Shown here piece after piece: positions 1 through 8,799 of a DNA stretch of 46,316 bases. The stretch comes from an uncultured bacterium (GTDB taxonomy: Bacteria > Patescibacteriota > Minisyncoccia > Phycocordibacterales > UBA918). The stretch's first letter is position 1. Every line of letters begins with the position of its first letter. The translations under genes and the position numbers were made by a program. The notes beneath the pieces are model-generated. The model saw only the letters and a list, made by a program, of their open reading frames with translations. It was not told where the DNA came from and did not search any database. The DNA lies in contig CAJWTE010000001.1 in NCBI GenBank assembly GCA_913046815.1, forward strand, positions 1-46,316, given 5' to 3'.

Positions 1-328
1 CCGCCCGACAATTGTTTTCTAGATTTTGCTTTCCCGAAAGAAAGCGCCCCGTCTAGAAAATCTAGTTATCGAAATATTGGGACGCTCTAAGTTGGGGGTG
101 TCCAGCGGTGTTCAGATGATTGCATGATCCTGCAAAAAGAATTTGCACCTCATGAACGGGTTGGGCCAAGTGCAGAACTGCGCTTTCAAACGCACTCTTG
201 GCTTATGGTGAGTAGCCGGACGAGGCGGGTTGTTGAGTCGCATGACTGCCTCCTCTCTAGATCTGTACCAGCAGACCTAGTTTCACTATAACTCGTTTAT
301 GTTTTCTTGTTTTTGATAAAAAGTGGAT

Positions 329-367
329 AATCACAAGACCGACAGCACAGCTGTCGGTCTTGTGATT
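329..367 (-). terminator. 18-bp perfect stem-loop next to the orphan tRNA-Val 3' fragment; probably the original tRNA-Val terminator
   Basis: aatcacaagaccgacagc / aca / gctgtcggtcttgtgatt. A T-rich tract follows on the minus strand. Confidence 0.5.
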
Positions 368-387
368 TGTGCGCAATGAGAGACTTG
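367..387. repeat. attL-like core: orphan copy of the tRNA-Val 3' end
   Basis: ttgtgcgcAatgagagacttg matches 5911-5931 (ttgtgcgcGatgagagacttg) at 20/21 positions in direct orientation. Confidence 0.7.
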
Positions 388-763
388 GCGTCCAAATCTA
401 ATTCACTTTGTTCATAAGATTTACCTGCCCGAGAATTTGAATATTTTGCTCTAGGAAAGAAGCAAAATACATACAAATTCTTTTCAAGTCTCTGCGTAAG
501 CAAAATTGTTTGCTTACTCATCATACCCAAATCAAAAACCCGCAAAGCGGGCCTTGATTTGTGCACATAGTAAGACCACGCTTGAACTTTTTGAAAGGGT
601 GGTAAAAGAGCATGATTTACTTCAAGAATGGAATAAGGAAATAAGGGAATTTCTACAACAGGAAAGAAAACAGCCAATAATAAAGGTAACGTATTAGCCG
701 TTATTTTATGCGTCATAGAACAGCATTGATTTAATTGAACTATAGGGGGTAGGAAATGGTAAT

Positions 764-976
764 ATGTCAGGAATGCAACCAGATAAGAAAAAAGACAATC
801 TGACTGACGTAGTTGAACAGGTATCAAAACCAGCGGAAAAACCCGCAACGGTTGGTGATGGGCAGGTTGTATCTGGTGGTGAAGTGGTCACACTTGGTAT
901 TGATGCTGAACTGCAAAAAGATATTGATAAGACCGCCAAAGAAATTGTTAATTTAATCAATAAGAAACGGAAATGA
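764..976 (+). CDS. Hypothetical small protein (70 aa), translationally coupled to the next gene
   Basis: gggggtagg SD-like sequence upstream. The stop overlaps the next start (ATGA at 973-976). No recognisable motif. Confidence 0.45.
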   Translation: MSGMQPDKKKDNLTDVVEQVSKPAEKPATVGDGQVVSGGEVVTLGIDAELQKDIDKTAKEIVNLINKKRK

Positions 977-1698
977 AAATTTTACAGCTGAACACATGGG
1001 GCGGGCGGTTAGGTTCAAAAATCAAAGAAGTTATTAATAGGGAACAGCCAGACATCGTTTGTTTTCAAGAAGCCATAAAGGTTGAGGGCGGAAGTGGTTT
1101 TGTTTTTGATGAATTAAGTGAAATTCAGGAAGATACTGGTTTTGAACATTGTTACTTTTCAGCCAGTTTTGGTTGGAAGTTGATGAAGCGTGAAGCACAA
1201 AGCGGTTTAGCAACTATGAGTAAGTTACCGTTTAGTCACACTGACAATGCTTTTACACGTCTTGAATATATTACTGACTTTGACATTCTTGATACTGACT
1301 ACAACGTGAGAAGCTTACAGCACGTAACCGTTGACTATGACGGTAAACAGGTTCATGTTCTTAATCATCACGGCCATCACGTGCCTAACCATAAAGACGG
1401 TGATGAAGAAACCATGCGCCAGTGTCAGATGATTGTTGACTATCTTGATAAGTTAGATGGTCAAATTGTTTTGTGCGGTGATTTCAACCTAAAACCAGAC
1501 AGTAAATCTTTAGGGCTAATTAACGCTAAATTACTGAATCATGCAAAAGAAAGGGGTGTTTTGACTACCAGAACGCCACTAACACATAAAACAGAAGTTT
1601 GTGATTACATTTTCACCAGTTCAGATATTGAAGTCAAAGATTTTCAGGTACTTGATGACATTGCATCTGACCATAAAGCATTAACTTTAGAGTTTTAG
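973..1698 (+). CDS. Endonuclease/exonuclease/phosphatase (EEP) family metal-dependent hydrolase
   Basis: N-terminal ILQLNTWGG...PDIVCFQE, and C-terminal ...SDHKALTLEF, typical of the EEP fold. Confidence 0.8.
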   Translation: MKILQLNTWGGRLGSKIKEVINREQPDIVCFQEAIKVEGGSGFVFDELSEIQEDTGFEHCYFSASFGWKLMKREAQSGLATMSKLPFSHTDNAFTRLEYITDFDILDTDYNVRSLQHVTVDYDGKQVHVLNHHGHHVPNHKDGDEETMRQCQMIVDYLDKLDGQIVLCGDFNLKPDSKSLGLINAKLLNHAKERGVLTTRTPLTHKTEVCDYIFTSSDIEVKDFQVLDDIASDHKALTLEF

Positions 1699-1699
1699 T

Positions 1700-2356
1700 A
1701 TGGAACACAAAGCAGTCATTGATAAGACAGTAGATTTTGTAAAACAGACCCTTGCAGAAGCAGAAGGTGGTCATGATTGGTGGCACATCTACCGTGTTTG
1801 GAAGAACGCCCAACACATTGCTAAAGCAGAAGGTGATGTTGATGTGTTGGTAGTTGAACTTGGTGCACTATTGCATGACATAGCTGATTCCAAGTTTCAT
1901 GATGGTGATGAAGAAATTGGTCCTAAAACAGCTCGTGATTACCTTACAACTTTAGAACTGCCAGATGATGTGATTGAACATGTAGAAAATATTGTTCGTC
2001 ATATTTCTTTTAAAGGTTCTTTGGAAGGTCAAAAGTGGACATCACCTGAATTATCTGTGGTGCAAGACGCTGACAGGTTAGACGCTATTGGTGCCATTGG
2101 TACCGCTCGCACCTTTAACTATGGTGGCCACAAAGGAAGGGCCTTATATGACCCAAATATTAAGCCAAACTTGGAAATGACCAAGGAAGAATACAAAAAT
2201 AGTACAGCCCCAACCTTGAATCACTTCTATGAAAAGTTGTTGCTGTTGAAAGACCTAATGAATACCAAGGCAGGTAAGGAAATGGCAGAAGGTCGCCACA
2301 AGTTTATGGAACTGTATTTAGAACAGTTCTACGCTGAATGGGAAGGTGAACGGTAA
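1700..2356 (+). CDS. HD-domain phosphohydrolase (YpgQ/YedJ-like)
   Basis: GGHDWWHIYRV..., LLHDIADSKF, VVQDADRLDAIGAIGTARTF. A 1-nt gap separates it from the upstream gene. Confidence 0.8.
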   Translation: MEHKAVIDKTVDFVKQTLAEAEGGHDWWHIYRVWKNAQHIAKAEGDVDVLVVELGALLHDIADSKFHDGDEEIGPKTARDYLTTLELPDDVIEHVENIVRHISFKGSLEGQKWTSPELSVVQDADRLDAIGAIGTARTFNYGGHKGRALYDPNIKPNLEMTKEEYKNSTAPTLNHFYEKLLLLKDLMNTKAGKEMAEGRHKFMELYLEQFYAEWEGER

Positions 2357-2360
2357 ACCT

Positions 2361-2996
2361 TTATTTTTTGGCACTGAACATCTTTAACGAACCATCTTCA
2401 TCAATCACAGCATAATGGTAGTCACTCATGAGTAAGAACGGGGGCTCGCTGTCTTTGTAAGCTAATTTCAGCCGTTCATCTAAATACATCTGCTTAAAGT
2501 GTTCTGAACCCCAATGCGGGACCACGATGGTGTTTGTGAACCGAAAACCCGTGTAATCATCAAGGGTTATACCTTCAGCATCTTCAAGGTAAACAGGAAT
2601 TTTAGGACCCGCAATTATTGAACCAGCACTGGTTCCAATGTATGGCTTACCATTTCGCACTTTTTCAACAATCAAATCAAACGAACCCGTTTCTTGTAGT
2701 TTTTGAAGCAGGTAAATGGTATTACCACCACACATGTAGAGCACATCATACTTATCAAATTCAACTTCAATTTCTTCTTTAGTTTTTCCTGTCACAGTGA
2801 AGCGGTCTACTTGATAACCTTGGTCACGTAGCCCCTTCAGGTCAGCTTGTAGCCAATCATCATCACCTTCAACTTTACCAATTTCAGGTTCTGATGCTGT
2901 ATCAATAAACAAAATTGTTTTGTACCCCTTATCTGATAAACGGTGTTGGTAGATATGGCTTGCCACTGTCGCCACACTTGAAGTAAGAATAATCAT
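2361..2996 (-). CDS. Peptidase S51 (dipeptidase E-like) family protein
   Basis: MCGGNTIYLL, IGTSAGSIIAGP, VPHWGSE: a Ser/His triad context typical of S51. Confidence 0.7.
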   Translation of the reverse strand: MIILTSSVATVASHIYQHRLSDKGYKTILFIDTASEPEIGKVEGDDDWLQADLKGLRDQGYQVDRFTVTGKTKEEIEVEFDKYDVLYMCGGNTIYLLQKLQETGSFDLIVEKVRNGKPYIGTSAGSIIAGPKIPVYLEDAEGITLDDYTGFRFTNTIVVPHWGSEHFKQMYLDERLKLAYKDSEPPFLLMSDYHYAVIDEDGSLKMFSAKK

Positions 2997-3051
2997 TTCG
3001 TCAGTATAGCAAAATCAAGCTAAACAGGTCTATTTTTGGTAAAATAGGGGA

Positions 3052-3933
3052 ATGAATGAACCAATCACTGTAAAGGCGCTTACAGACGCAATGGACACAT
3101 CTGCAAAGATTGCCCAGTCACCTGGTCTGATGACTATTGCTGACCGTCTTTTTGGTTTTAAGTTAAGCGAGTGGAAGGCGCAGGGTGACATTGTAAAAGC
3201 CCAAATGCAACAAGAATACAAAGAAGCCAGTGAAAAGGGGCTTGGCTTTCAATACGTTACTGCCTTTCGTGACAAAGCAAATGTATTGAACACACTTGCT
3301 AAAGCCACAGATTACGTTAAAGAAAACTTTGAACGTGAAATTGAATTTGATGAAGACGTCTTTTGGAACCTGATTGAACATTCCAAAACAATCTCACAAG
3401 AAGAAGTTCAAGATTTAGTTGCAAAGATAATTGCTGGTGAATACAACCAACGGGGAACGTATACAACCCACACCTTACAGGTGCTGAAGTCATTAGGGCG
3501 AGATGAATTAAGCAAGCTTGAAAAGCTTGGTTGTCTGGTGGTCAACACCAACATGATTCCAGTTAACCTGTTTAAGTTAACTGATGGTTATGAAAGTTTT
3601 ATTGAAAGTATTGGAATTAACTTTACTGAATTCCAGACCTTGCAAAGTTTAGGTCTGGTTCATAATAATTCAGCAACAAAAGAAATCAGTAATGATTCAG
3701 GTAAAAAGTTTGCTGTCAGTTACTTTGATAGACAGTTAATATTTGCATCAAATAAGGAAGCTGTTGGAAAAATTCAAATACCAAGCTTTTATCCACTGAC
3801 AGATACTGGTTTGCAACTTCTTCAGCACCTACAACCTTCTGTAAATGAAGCTTACTGTGAATGGTTGAAAGAAAATTACAAAATCGGGAACTATGATTTT
3901 GAAGACGTTATTAACGTTAATTATGCGGGGTAA
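3052..3933 (+). CDS. DUF2806-like protein (phage/Abi-associated family); function unknown
   Basis: The segment LVAKIIAGEYNQRGTYTTHTLQVLKSLGRDELSKLEKLGCLVV resembles the LAGE..PGSFS.RTL..L..L signature of DUF2806, recalled from memory. Confidence 0.45.
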   Translation: MNEPITVKALTDAMDTSAKIAQSPGLMTIADRLFGFKLSEWKAQGDIVKAQMQQEYKEASEKGLGFQYVTAFRDKANVLNTLAKATDYVKENFEREIEFDEDVFWNLIEHSKTISQEEVQDLVAKIIAGEYNQRGTYTTHTLQVLKSLGRDELSKLEKLGCLVVNTNMIPVNLFKLTDGYESFIESIGINFTEFQTLQSLGLVHNNSATKEISNDSGKKFAVSYFDRQLIFASNKEAVGKIQIPSFYPLTDTGLQLLQHLQPSVNEAYCEWLKENYKIGNYDFEDVINVNYAG

Positions 3934-4303
3934 AAAGCGTACAACAGAAGAACAGCACGAACTTTTTGAAGCTATGGAAAGGTATTTAGAAATGGGCTTT
4001 TCAATGAAAAAAGCTTGTGAATTAAGTGATATTCCGTATTCAACCTACCGTGACATTCTGGCTTCTAATGAACGAGTTCGTGCTAAAACCAGGGCACTTC
4101 AGAACTTGGTAAATGTTCAAGCAAGACAAAATATCATCAATAGCATAAGTAAAGGCAACATCAACGATTCCAAGTGGTGGCTGGAACGCATGGACCAAAT
4201 GGAACATTGTACTGACCCTGGTATTGGTGGCCACACTGAATCGTCTACTTCAATAGCAGAAGTGTTGGTTGAAGATTTGTTTAAGGAAACTTCTAAAAGT
4301 TAA
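3923..4303 (+). CDS. Helix-turn-helix protein, small-terminase/RDF-like
   Basis: The internal ATG at 3923 (MRGKKRTTEEQ...) overlaps the upstream stop. HTH segment GFSMKKACELSDIPYSTYRD. A later ...SKWWLERMD resembles the TerS-type N-domain pattern. Confidence 0.45.
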   Translation: MRGKKRTTEEQHELFEAMERYLEMGFSMKKACELSDIPYSTYRDILASNERVRAKTRALQNLVNVQARQNIINSISKGNINDSKWWLERMDQMEHCTDPGIGGHTESSTSIAEVLVEDLFKETSKS

Positions 4304-4305
4304 AT

Positions 4306-5923
4306 ATGAAGATACCTTCTACCCCTGAAGAATTAGTTGAAGCCCTCACACTTGTATCTGAAACCAGTAAAGATGTTGCGCCAGAAGATTTTAGATATGT
4401 TTTGTATGTTCGCAAATCTACTGATGATAAAGACAAACAGGTCCGTTCACTAAAAGACCAGATTGCAGAATGTCGTGAGTTTGCAGAAGACCAGAACATA
4501 AGGGTAGTGAAAATCATTCAGGAATCTGAATCAGCTAAACAACCTGACATCAGGCCAGGGTTTAGAAAGATGCTGGAGGACATCAAGGCAGGTGTATATG
4601 ACGGCATACTTGCTTGGCACCCTGACCGCCTGGCTCGCAACATGAAAGACGCTGGTGAGATTATTGACCTACTTGATAAAGGCATCATCAAGAATCTTAA
4701 ATTCAAAAGTTTCAATTATGAAAATTCATCTGCTGGCAAGATGCACCTTGGTATCACCTTTGTGCTTTCAAAACAGTATTCTGACCATTTAAGTGAAAGT
4801 GTTAGTAGAGGTAACAAACGTAGTGTTGCGGAAGGAAAGTTTTTAAGCACGCCACCACACGGCTATTTTAAGGACCAGGAACAGTTTTTGCGGGCTGATG
4901 GTGATAAATTACATCATCATTAAAAATGCCTTCAGAATGCGACTTGAAGAAAAGACCTTGCAGGCAATAGCTGAATACATTGTTAGTAGTGGTTACAGTA
5001 AGTTGCGAAAAGACGGTACCCGTTACGCACCAAAAATAAATAAACAGACGGTGAAGAAGATAATGTCCAACCCTGTTTATACAGGTGTGCTTTGGTATGG
5101 AAAAAAGAACCCTGTGAATCTTTGTGACCTGTACCCATTTGCACCCATGGTTTCAGTTGAAGAATTCATGAGAATTAACCACCTTACTGAAGCGGGGTTT
5201 GCTGAACTGTCAGGTAGATATGGTGGTAAAGATTCTATTAAGGCGGACCTGATGCGTGACATGGTGATTTGTGATGTCTGTAAAGAATCTATGTCTGCAG
5301 GTATTACACCAAAGAAAACCAAAGATGGTAAAACCAATTATTTTTACTACCGTTGTGATTCACCAGAATGCCCAGTGTATGGAAAGTCCACCCGTGCCAA
5401 AGTGGTTGTTGATTACGTTTGTCACTATCTTGAACAAAAGCCATTTTCATCACGCCAGGCATACACCCACTATGAAAAGGAAATGAAGCGTGTTGCAAAT
5501 GAAAGAATCTTGGAAGCTAAAGGTACTTTGCGTTCACTTAAAGCAAAGTTGAATAACGCCACTGAACGTTATGAAAAAACAAAAATGTTGTTAGTTGATG
5601 GTGATGAAGATATGAAGGAATTCTTCAAAGATGATTTGCGTATGTATGAAAAGCAACGCAAACAAGTTCAGAAAGACATTGCGAAAGTGGAACAAATAAT
5701 TGAAAAGGGGAAGGCCAGCGTTTTGACGTATGAAGAATTCCTTGAACTTATGGAAAAGATGCCTAAAACTATAGCTAAATTAGGTAATATGACTGACTTG
5801 GACTACGTCATCAAAAAAATCTTCTTGAACTTTTCTATTTGTGATAAAAAGGTAATAAAATCAACCCTTAAATCACCCTTTGATAGTTTAGAAACATTGA
5901 ATGTCCCTGGTTGTGCGCGATGA
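4306..5923 (+). pseudogene. Large serine recombinase split into two ORFs (4306..4923 and 4898..5923) by a 1-nt frameshift
   Basis: Resolvase catalytic domain: YVRKSTDDKDKQVRSLKDQ, HPDRLARN. Recombinase and Cys-rich zinc-ribbon region: CDVC...YYRCDSPEC. C-terminal coiled coil. Removing one A from the AAA run at 4906-4908 joins the frames (...ADGDNYIIIKNAF...). Confidence 0.8.
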
Positions 5924-5931
5924 GAGACTTG
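5911..5931. repeat. attR-like core inside the tRNA-Val 3' end
   Basis: Direct repeat of 367-387. It also contains the last codons and stop of the recombinase ORF. Confidence 0.7.
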
Positions 5932-5986
5932 AACTCCCGACCTTCTCGGTGTAAACGAGCTGCTCTACCAACTGAGCTAATCGCGC
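5914..5986 (-). tRNA. tRNA-Val (anticodon TAC), no encoded CCA
   Basis: The reverse complement folds as a 73-nt cloverleaf: acceptor GCGCGAT/ATCGCGC, D arm GCTC-AGTTGGTA-GAGC, anticodon loop TTTACAC, T arm GGGAG-TTCAAGT-CTCTC. Confidence 0.9.
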
Positions 5987-6048
5987 CTATAAATGTAGGG
6001 CACATAGTACTATTTTTTTATTTTTTGGCAATACTGTATATTTCACGT

Positions 6049-6324
6049 ATGCATGAGATACATTGTTATATAAGCGGTTTGGTTCAGATGGTGGCGTATA
6101 GGGCGTATGCACAGGATTCTGCCACTTATTTAGGGATTGCTGGGTGGGTAAGAAACTTGCCAGATGGACGAGTGGAAGTACAAGCTCAGGGCGATAGGGA
6201 AGTGCTTAAAGAATTTATTGAGTATTTAAACGAAGGTTCTTTACTTTCCAAAGTGGAGTCAATAGAGGTAGACTGGGGTACTGCTGGAGAAATATATTCA
6301 GATTTTTCAATTAAGTATGAATGA
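6049..6324 (+). CDS. acyP: Acylphosphatase
   Basis: ISGLVQMVAYRAYAQDSATYLGIAGWVRNLPDGRVEVQAQG matches the acylphosphatase signature. The start was moved to the internal ATG so that it clears the tRNA. Confidence 0.75.
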   Translation: MHEIHCYISGLVQMVAYRAYAQDSATYLGIAGWVRNLPDGRVEVQAQGDREVLKEFIEYLNEGSLLSKVESIEVDWGTAGEIYSDFSIKYE

Positions 6325-7045
6325 AGTAGAAATAATTTTCGAGAACGAAGATTTTTTGGTGATAAACAAACCGGCTGGTTTGTTGGTGCATGAAGACGGG
6401 AATGGCGATGAGACTACTGTCGTGGATTGGTTTTTACAACATTATCCTGATGCAAAAGGAGTGGGTGAACCAAGAATACTCCATGGGAAAGAATTAGAGA
6501 GATCGGGGATAGTGCACCGTTTAGACAAAGATACTTCGGGCATCATGCTGTTGGCACTCAACCAAGATTCATTCGCCAATCTCAAGCAAATATTTCTGGA
6601 CAGAGTAGTAAAGAAAGAGTATCGAGCTATAGTGTATGGAAACATGAAAGACAAGTGGGGGACTATCAATCGCTCAATTGGGCGTAACGCTAAGGACTTT
6701 CGATTGCGTAGTGCTGAACGTGGAGCTAAAGGTACTTTGCGCGAATCTGTTACGGAATGGGAGCAGCTGAAGTGTGGCGAATATCAAGGGGAGAAGTTTG
6801 CTTCACTCAGACTCAGACCAAAGACCGGGCGTATGCATCAGTTGCGTGTACATATGAAAGCGGTAGACCATCCAATAGTAGGGGATAATCTATACGCCGG
6901 AGCTAAGCTCAAACAATCTAACAATCTTGGTATTGAAAGATTAGCTTTACATGCGCATAAGCTACTTTTTGAGCTTAACGGAGAACAATACGATTTCACA
7001 GTGCCTGTACCCAATGATATTGAAGAGGCAGAAAAACTGTTTTAG
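6317..7045 (+). CDS. RluA-family pseudouridine synthase
   Basis: HRLDKDTSG catalytic Asp motif and RMHQLRVH motif. Confidence 0.85.
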   Translation: MNEVEIIFENEDFLVINKPAGLLVHEDGNGDETTVVDWFLQHYPDAKGVGEPRILHGKELERSGIVHRLDKDTSGIMLLALNQDSFANLKQIFLDRVVKKEYRAIVYGNMKDKWGTINRSIGRNAKDFRLRSAERGAKGTLRESVTEWEQLKCGEYQGEKFASLRLRPKTGRMHQLRVHMKAVDHPIVGDNLYAGAKLKQSNNLGIERLALHAHKLLFELNGEQYDFTVPVPNDIEEAEKLF

Positions 7046-7107
7046 TATTGAAAAGGCCCGTACCTTGTGTTAGATTGGGGCACATTTAAAAAACTGAAAA
7101 ACGATTT

Positions 7108-7800
7108 ATGAGTACAAATCTAGCAGGTGTGGCAGTTTCTCCGGTAAATATGGAGGAAAGAAAGAATCTTGGTATTAAAGCCGGTGATACTGTTCGTGTG
7201 CACCAAAAAATTCAAGATAAAGGCAAGACTCGTATCCAGGTGTTTGAAGGACTGGTACTAGCTCGCAAACATGGTAGTGAGCCAGGAGCGACTTTCACTG
7301 TGCGCAAAGTATCTAGTGGTATAGGTGTAGAAAAAATCTACCCACTGTATTCACCAAATATAGATAAGATAGAAATTATTAAGCGTGCTAAAGTACGTCG
7401 AAGCAAGCTTTACTACATCCGGGAGAAAGTCAATCGAGAGATTAAACGTCAGATGCGTCGTATGCACCTGCTGAACCTTTCTACCGAGTCAGAAGCTGAG
7501 GCGGCGACTCGTAAAGAGGCAGAAGCTGCAGAGAAAGCTGCGGCCGAAGCTGCAGAGGAAGTAGTAGTTGATACAGAAACAGAAATTACTCCTGAAACTG
7601 ACGTGGTAGCAGAGAAGGCTGAAGAAGAGATAGCAGAACCTAAAGAGGAAATAGCTACTGAAGAAAAAGATGAAGCTGACGAAGTTAAGGAAGAAGAACA
7701 AACTGAAGCATCTCCAGAAGGAGTAGAAGTAACTAAAGCTAACGAAACAGAAGAAGAGATTGTAGAAGAAATAGAAAAAGAGGAAGGGAAAAAGGAATAG
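7108..7800 (+). CDS. rplS: 50S ribosomal protein L19 with a ~110-aa acidic E/A/K-rich C-terminal extension
   Basis: GDTVRVHQKIQDKGKTRIQVFEGLVLARKHG...FTVRK...GVEKIYPLYSPNIDKIEI is a canonical L19 core. The tail runs from about residue 120. Confidence 0.9.
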   Translation: MSTNLAGVAVSPVNMEERKNLGIKAGDTVRVHQKIQDKGKTRIQVFEGLVLARKHGSEPGATFTVRKVSSGIGVEKIYPLYSPNIDKIEIIKRAKVRRSKLYYIREKVNREIKRQMRRMHLLNLSTESEAEAATRKEAEAAEKAAAEAAEEVVVDTETEITPETDVVAEKAEEEIAEPKEEIATEEKDEADEVKEEEQTEASPEGVEVTKANETEEEIVEEIEKEEGKKE

Positions 7801-7808
7801 CTTCCACG

Positions 7809-7856
7809 ATTCAAGAAAAAGGCCGGGCGCACAGCGCCCGGCCTTTTTCTTGAATC
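7809..7856 (+). terminator. Rho-independent terminator after rplS
   Basis: attcaagaaaaaggccgggcgc-acag-gcgcccggcctttttcttgaat: a GC-rich stem with a U-tract. Confidence 0.7.
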
Positions 7857-7889
7857 GCTCGACACACTAGGGCATAATGACACCCACTT

Positions 7890-7973
7890 GCTCAGGTGGC
7901 GGAATTGGTAGACGCGCATCCTTGAGGGGGATGTGTCCGTATGGACGTGCTGGTTCAACTCCAGTCCTGAGCA
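7890..7973 (+). tRNA. tRNA-Leu (anticodon GAG), long variable arm, no encoded CCA
   Basis: GCTCAGG...GGCGGAATTGGTAGACGCG, anticodon stem-loop CATCC-TTGAGGG-GGATG, variable arm TGTCCGTATGGACG, T arm GCTGG-TTCAACT-CCAGT. Confidence 0.9.
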
Positions 7974-8087
7974 CACTTTTCAAGTTCATTTTTGGTGTCC
8001 TGGTAGTTTTTTGTATTGAAAAAGTGAGTTTTGAGAGTACCATTAGTTTAATGGTTCTTAAGTTCATTCTAGAAATGGGAGGTCAAA

Positions 8088-8789
8088 ATGAAGAGAAGAC
8101 AAGTCTTGACAACGGGTTTGGCTATTTTGGCTTGCCCATATATCTCCAAAGCCAACACGTTACCGAAGTTGGATCTAGTATTGTTGATGGACCGTTCGTC
8201 TAGTCAATATGGATCCAAGATTCACGGAAGCGAGCGAGATCGTTGGCCATACATGATCCAAAAACGCGGTCACATCCTTGGTCTGCAAGACCGATTGGTT
8301 TCTGAAGGTTTGATTACCAACAGGGCTCATGTCCGCCTTATTATTTGGTCTGGGTCGGGGTACAACCAAGAGCTTATTCCCGGTGGCCTGATTGTAAATG
8401 GCATAAAGGATGTTGGGTCACTCGTGGCAGCACTTCAGAATCAAGATGACGACGATGCGTTTGGAGACGGTGACACTGACCATGCTGACATTTTGTATCG
8501 GGTTTTGGACAGGTATCCCAGAATGGCTGATCGGTGGATCATCGACATGTCTACAGATGAACCGCCTCGGTCACCTATTTCTTGCGCTGGTTACAGGGAC
8601 GATATCCAAGACCTATACGGCACGATCAACGGCATCGCTTTTGATCTGGCTGGAAAAGGTGAAGTCGAGGCTGGTCTCAGGGAGTGTGTGAAGTCCAGAG
8701 ATGGTTTTACCGTCAGTGGCCACAATGAAGCCACTTATGTCACGGCTTTGACTTGGAAACTTGCGACAGAGATCGGCGTTGGTGTTTGA
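8088..8789 (+). CDS. DUF1194 (vWA-like) protein with a Tat-type signal
   Basis: MKRRQVLTTGLAILA signal, LDLVLLMDRSSS, IIDMSTDEP, INGIAF, and ...WKLATEI, as in DUF1194. GGGAGG SD 8 nt upstream. Confidence 0.65.
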   Translation: MKRRQVLTTGLAILACPYISKANTLPKLDLVLLMDRSSSQYGSKIHGSERDRWPYMIQKRGHILGLQDRLVSEGLITNRAHVRLIIWSGSGYNQELIPGGLIVNGIKDVGSLVAALQNQDDDDAFGDGDTDHADILYRVLDRYPRMADRWIIDMSTDEPPRSPISCAGYRDDIQDLYGTINGIAFDLAGKGEVEAGLRECVKSRDGFTVSGHNEATYVTALTWKLATEIGVGV

Positions 8790-8799
8790 GGAGAATGGA

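Larger units (their letters stand above)
367..5931. mobile_element. Integrated ~5.5-kb element in tRNA-Val(TAC) carrying a large serine recombinase
   Basis: A 21-bp direct repeat bounds the element. An intact tRNA sits at one end and an orphan 3' fragment plus terminator at the other. The recombinase gene abuts the tRNA. The cargo is accessory-type genes. Confidence 0.65.

Noticed and set aside
112-243. 43-aa Arg/Pro-rich minus-strand ORF with a strong GAGGAGG SD
   Set aside because: It is very short, has no recognisable motif, and lies in a hairpin-rich flank at the window edge. That is not enough support to call a gene.
506-697. 63-aa plus-strand ORF inside the left end of the tRNA-Val element
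   Set aside because: It has only a TTG start, no SD and no in-frame ATG. It could be a gene fragment and was left uncalled.
297-848. 183-aa minus-strand ORF
   Set aside because: It runs across the attL repeat, the terminator hairpin and the antisense strand of the 764..976 gene. It has odd composition and no SD, so it is most likely a chance ORF.
5911-6048. N-terminal 46 codons of ORF 5911..6324
   Set aside because: This part is antisense to tRNA-Val and its promoter region. The acylphosphatase homology begins at the internal ATG at 6049.
7449-7976. Ser-rich 175-aa and Phe-rich 70-aa minus-strand ORFs
   Set aside because: They are antisense shadows of the GAA/GCT-rich acidic tail of rplS, and they overlap the terminator and tRNA-Leu.
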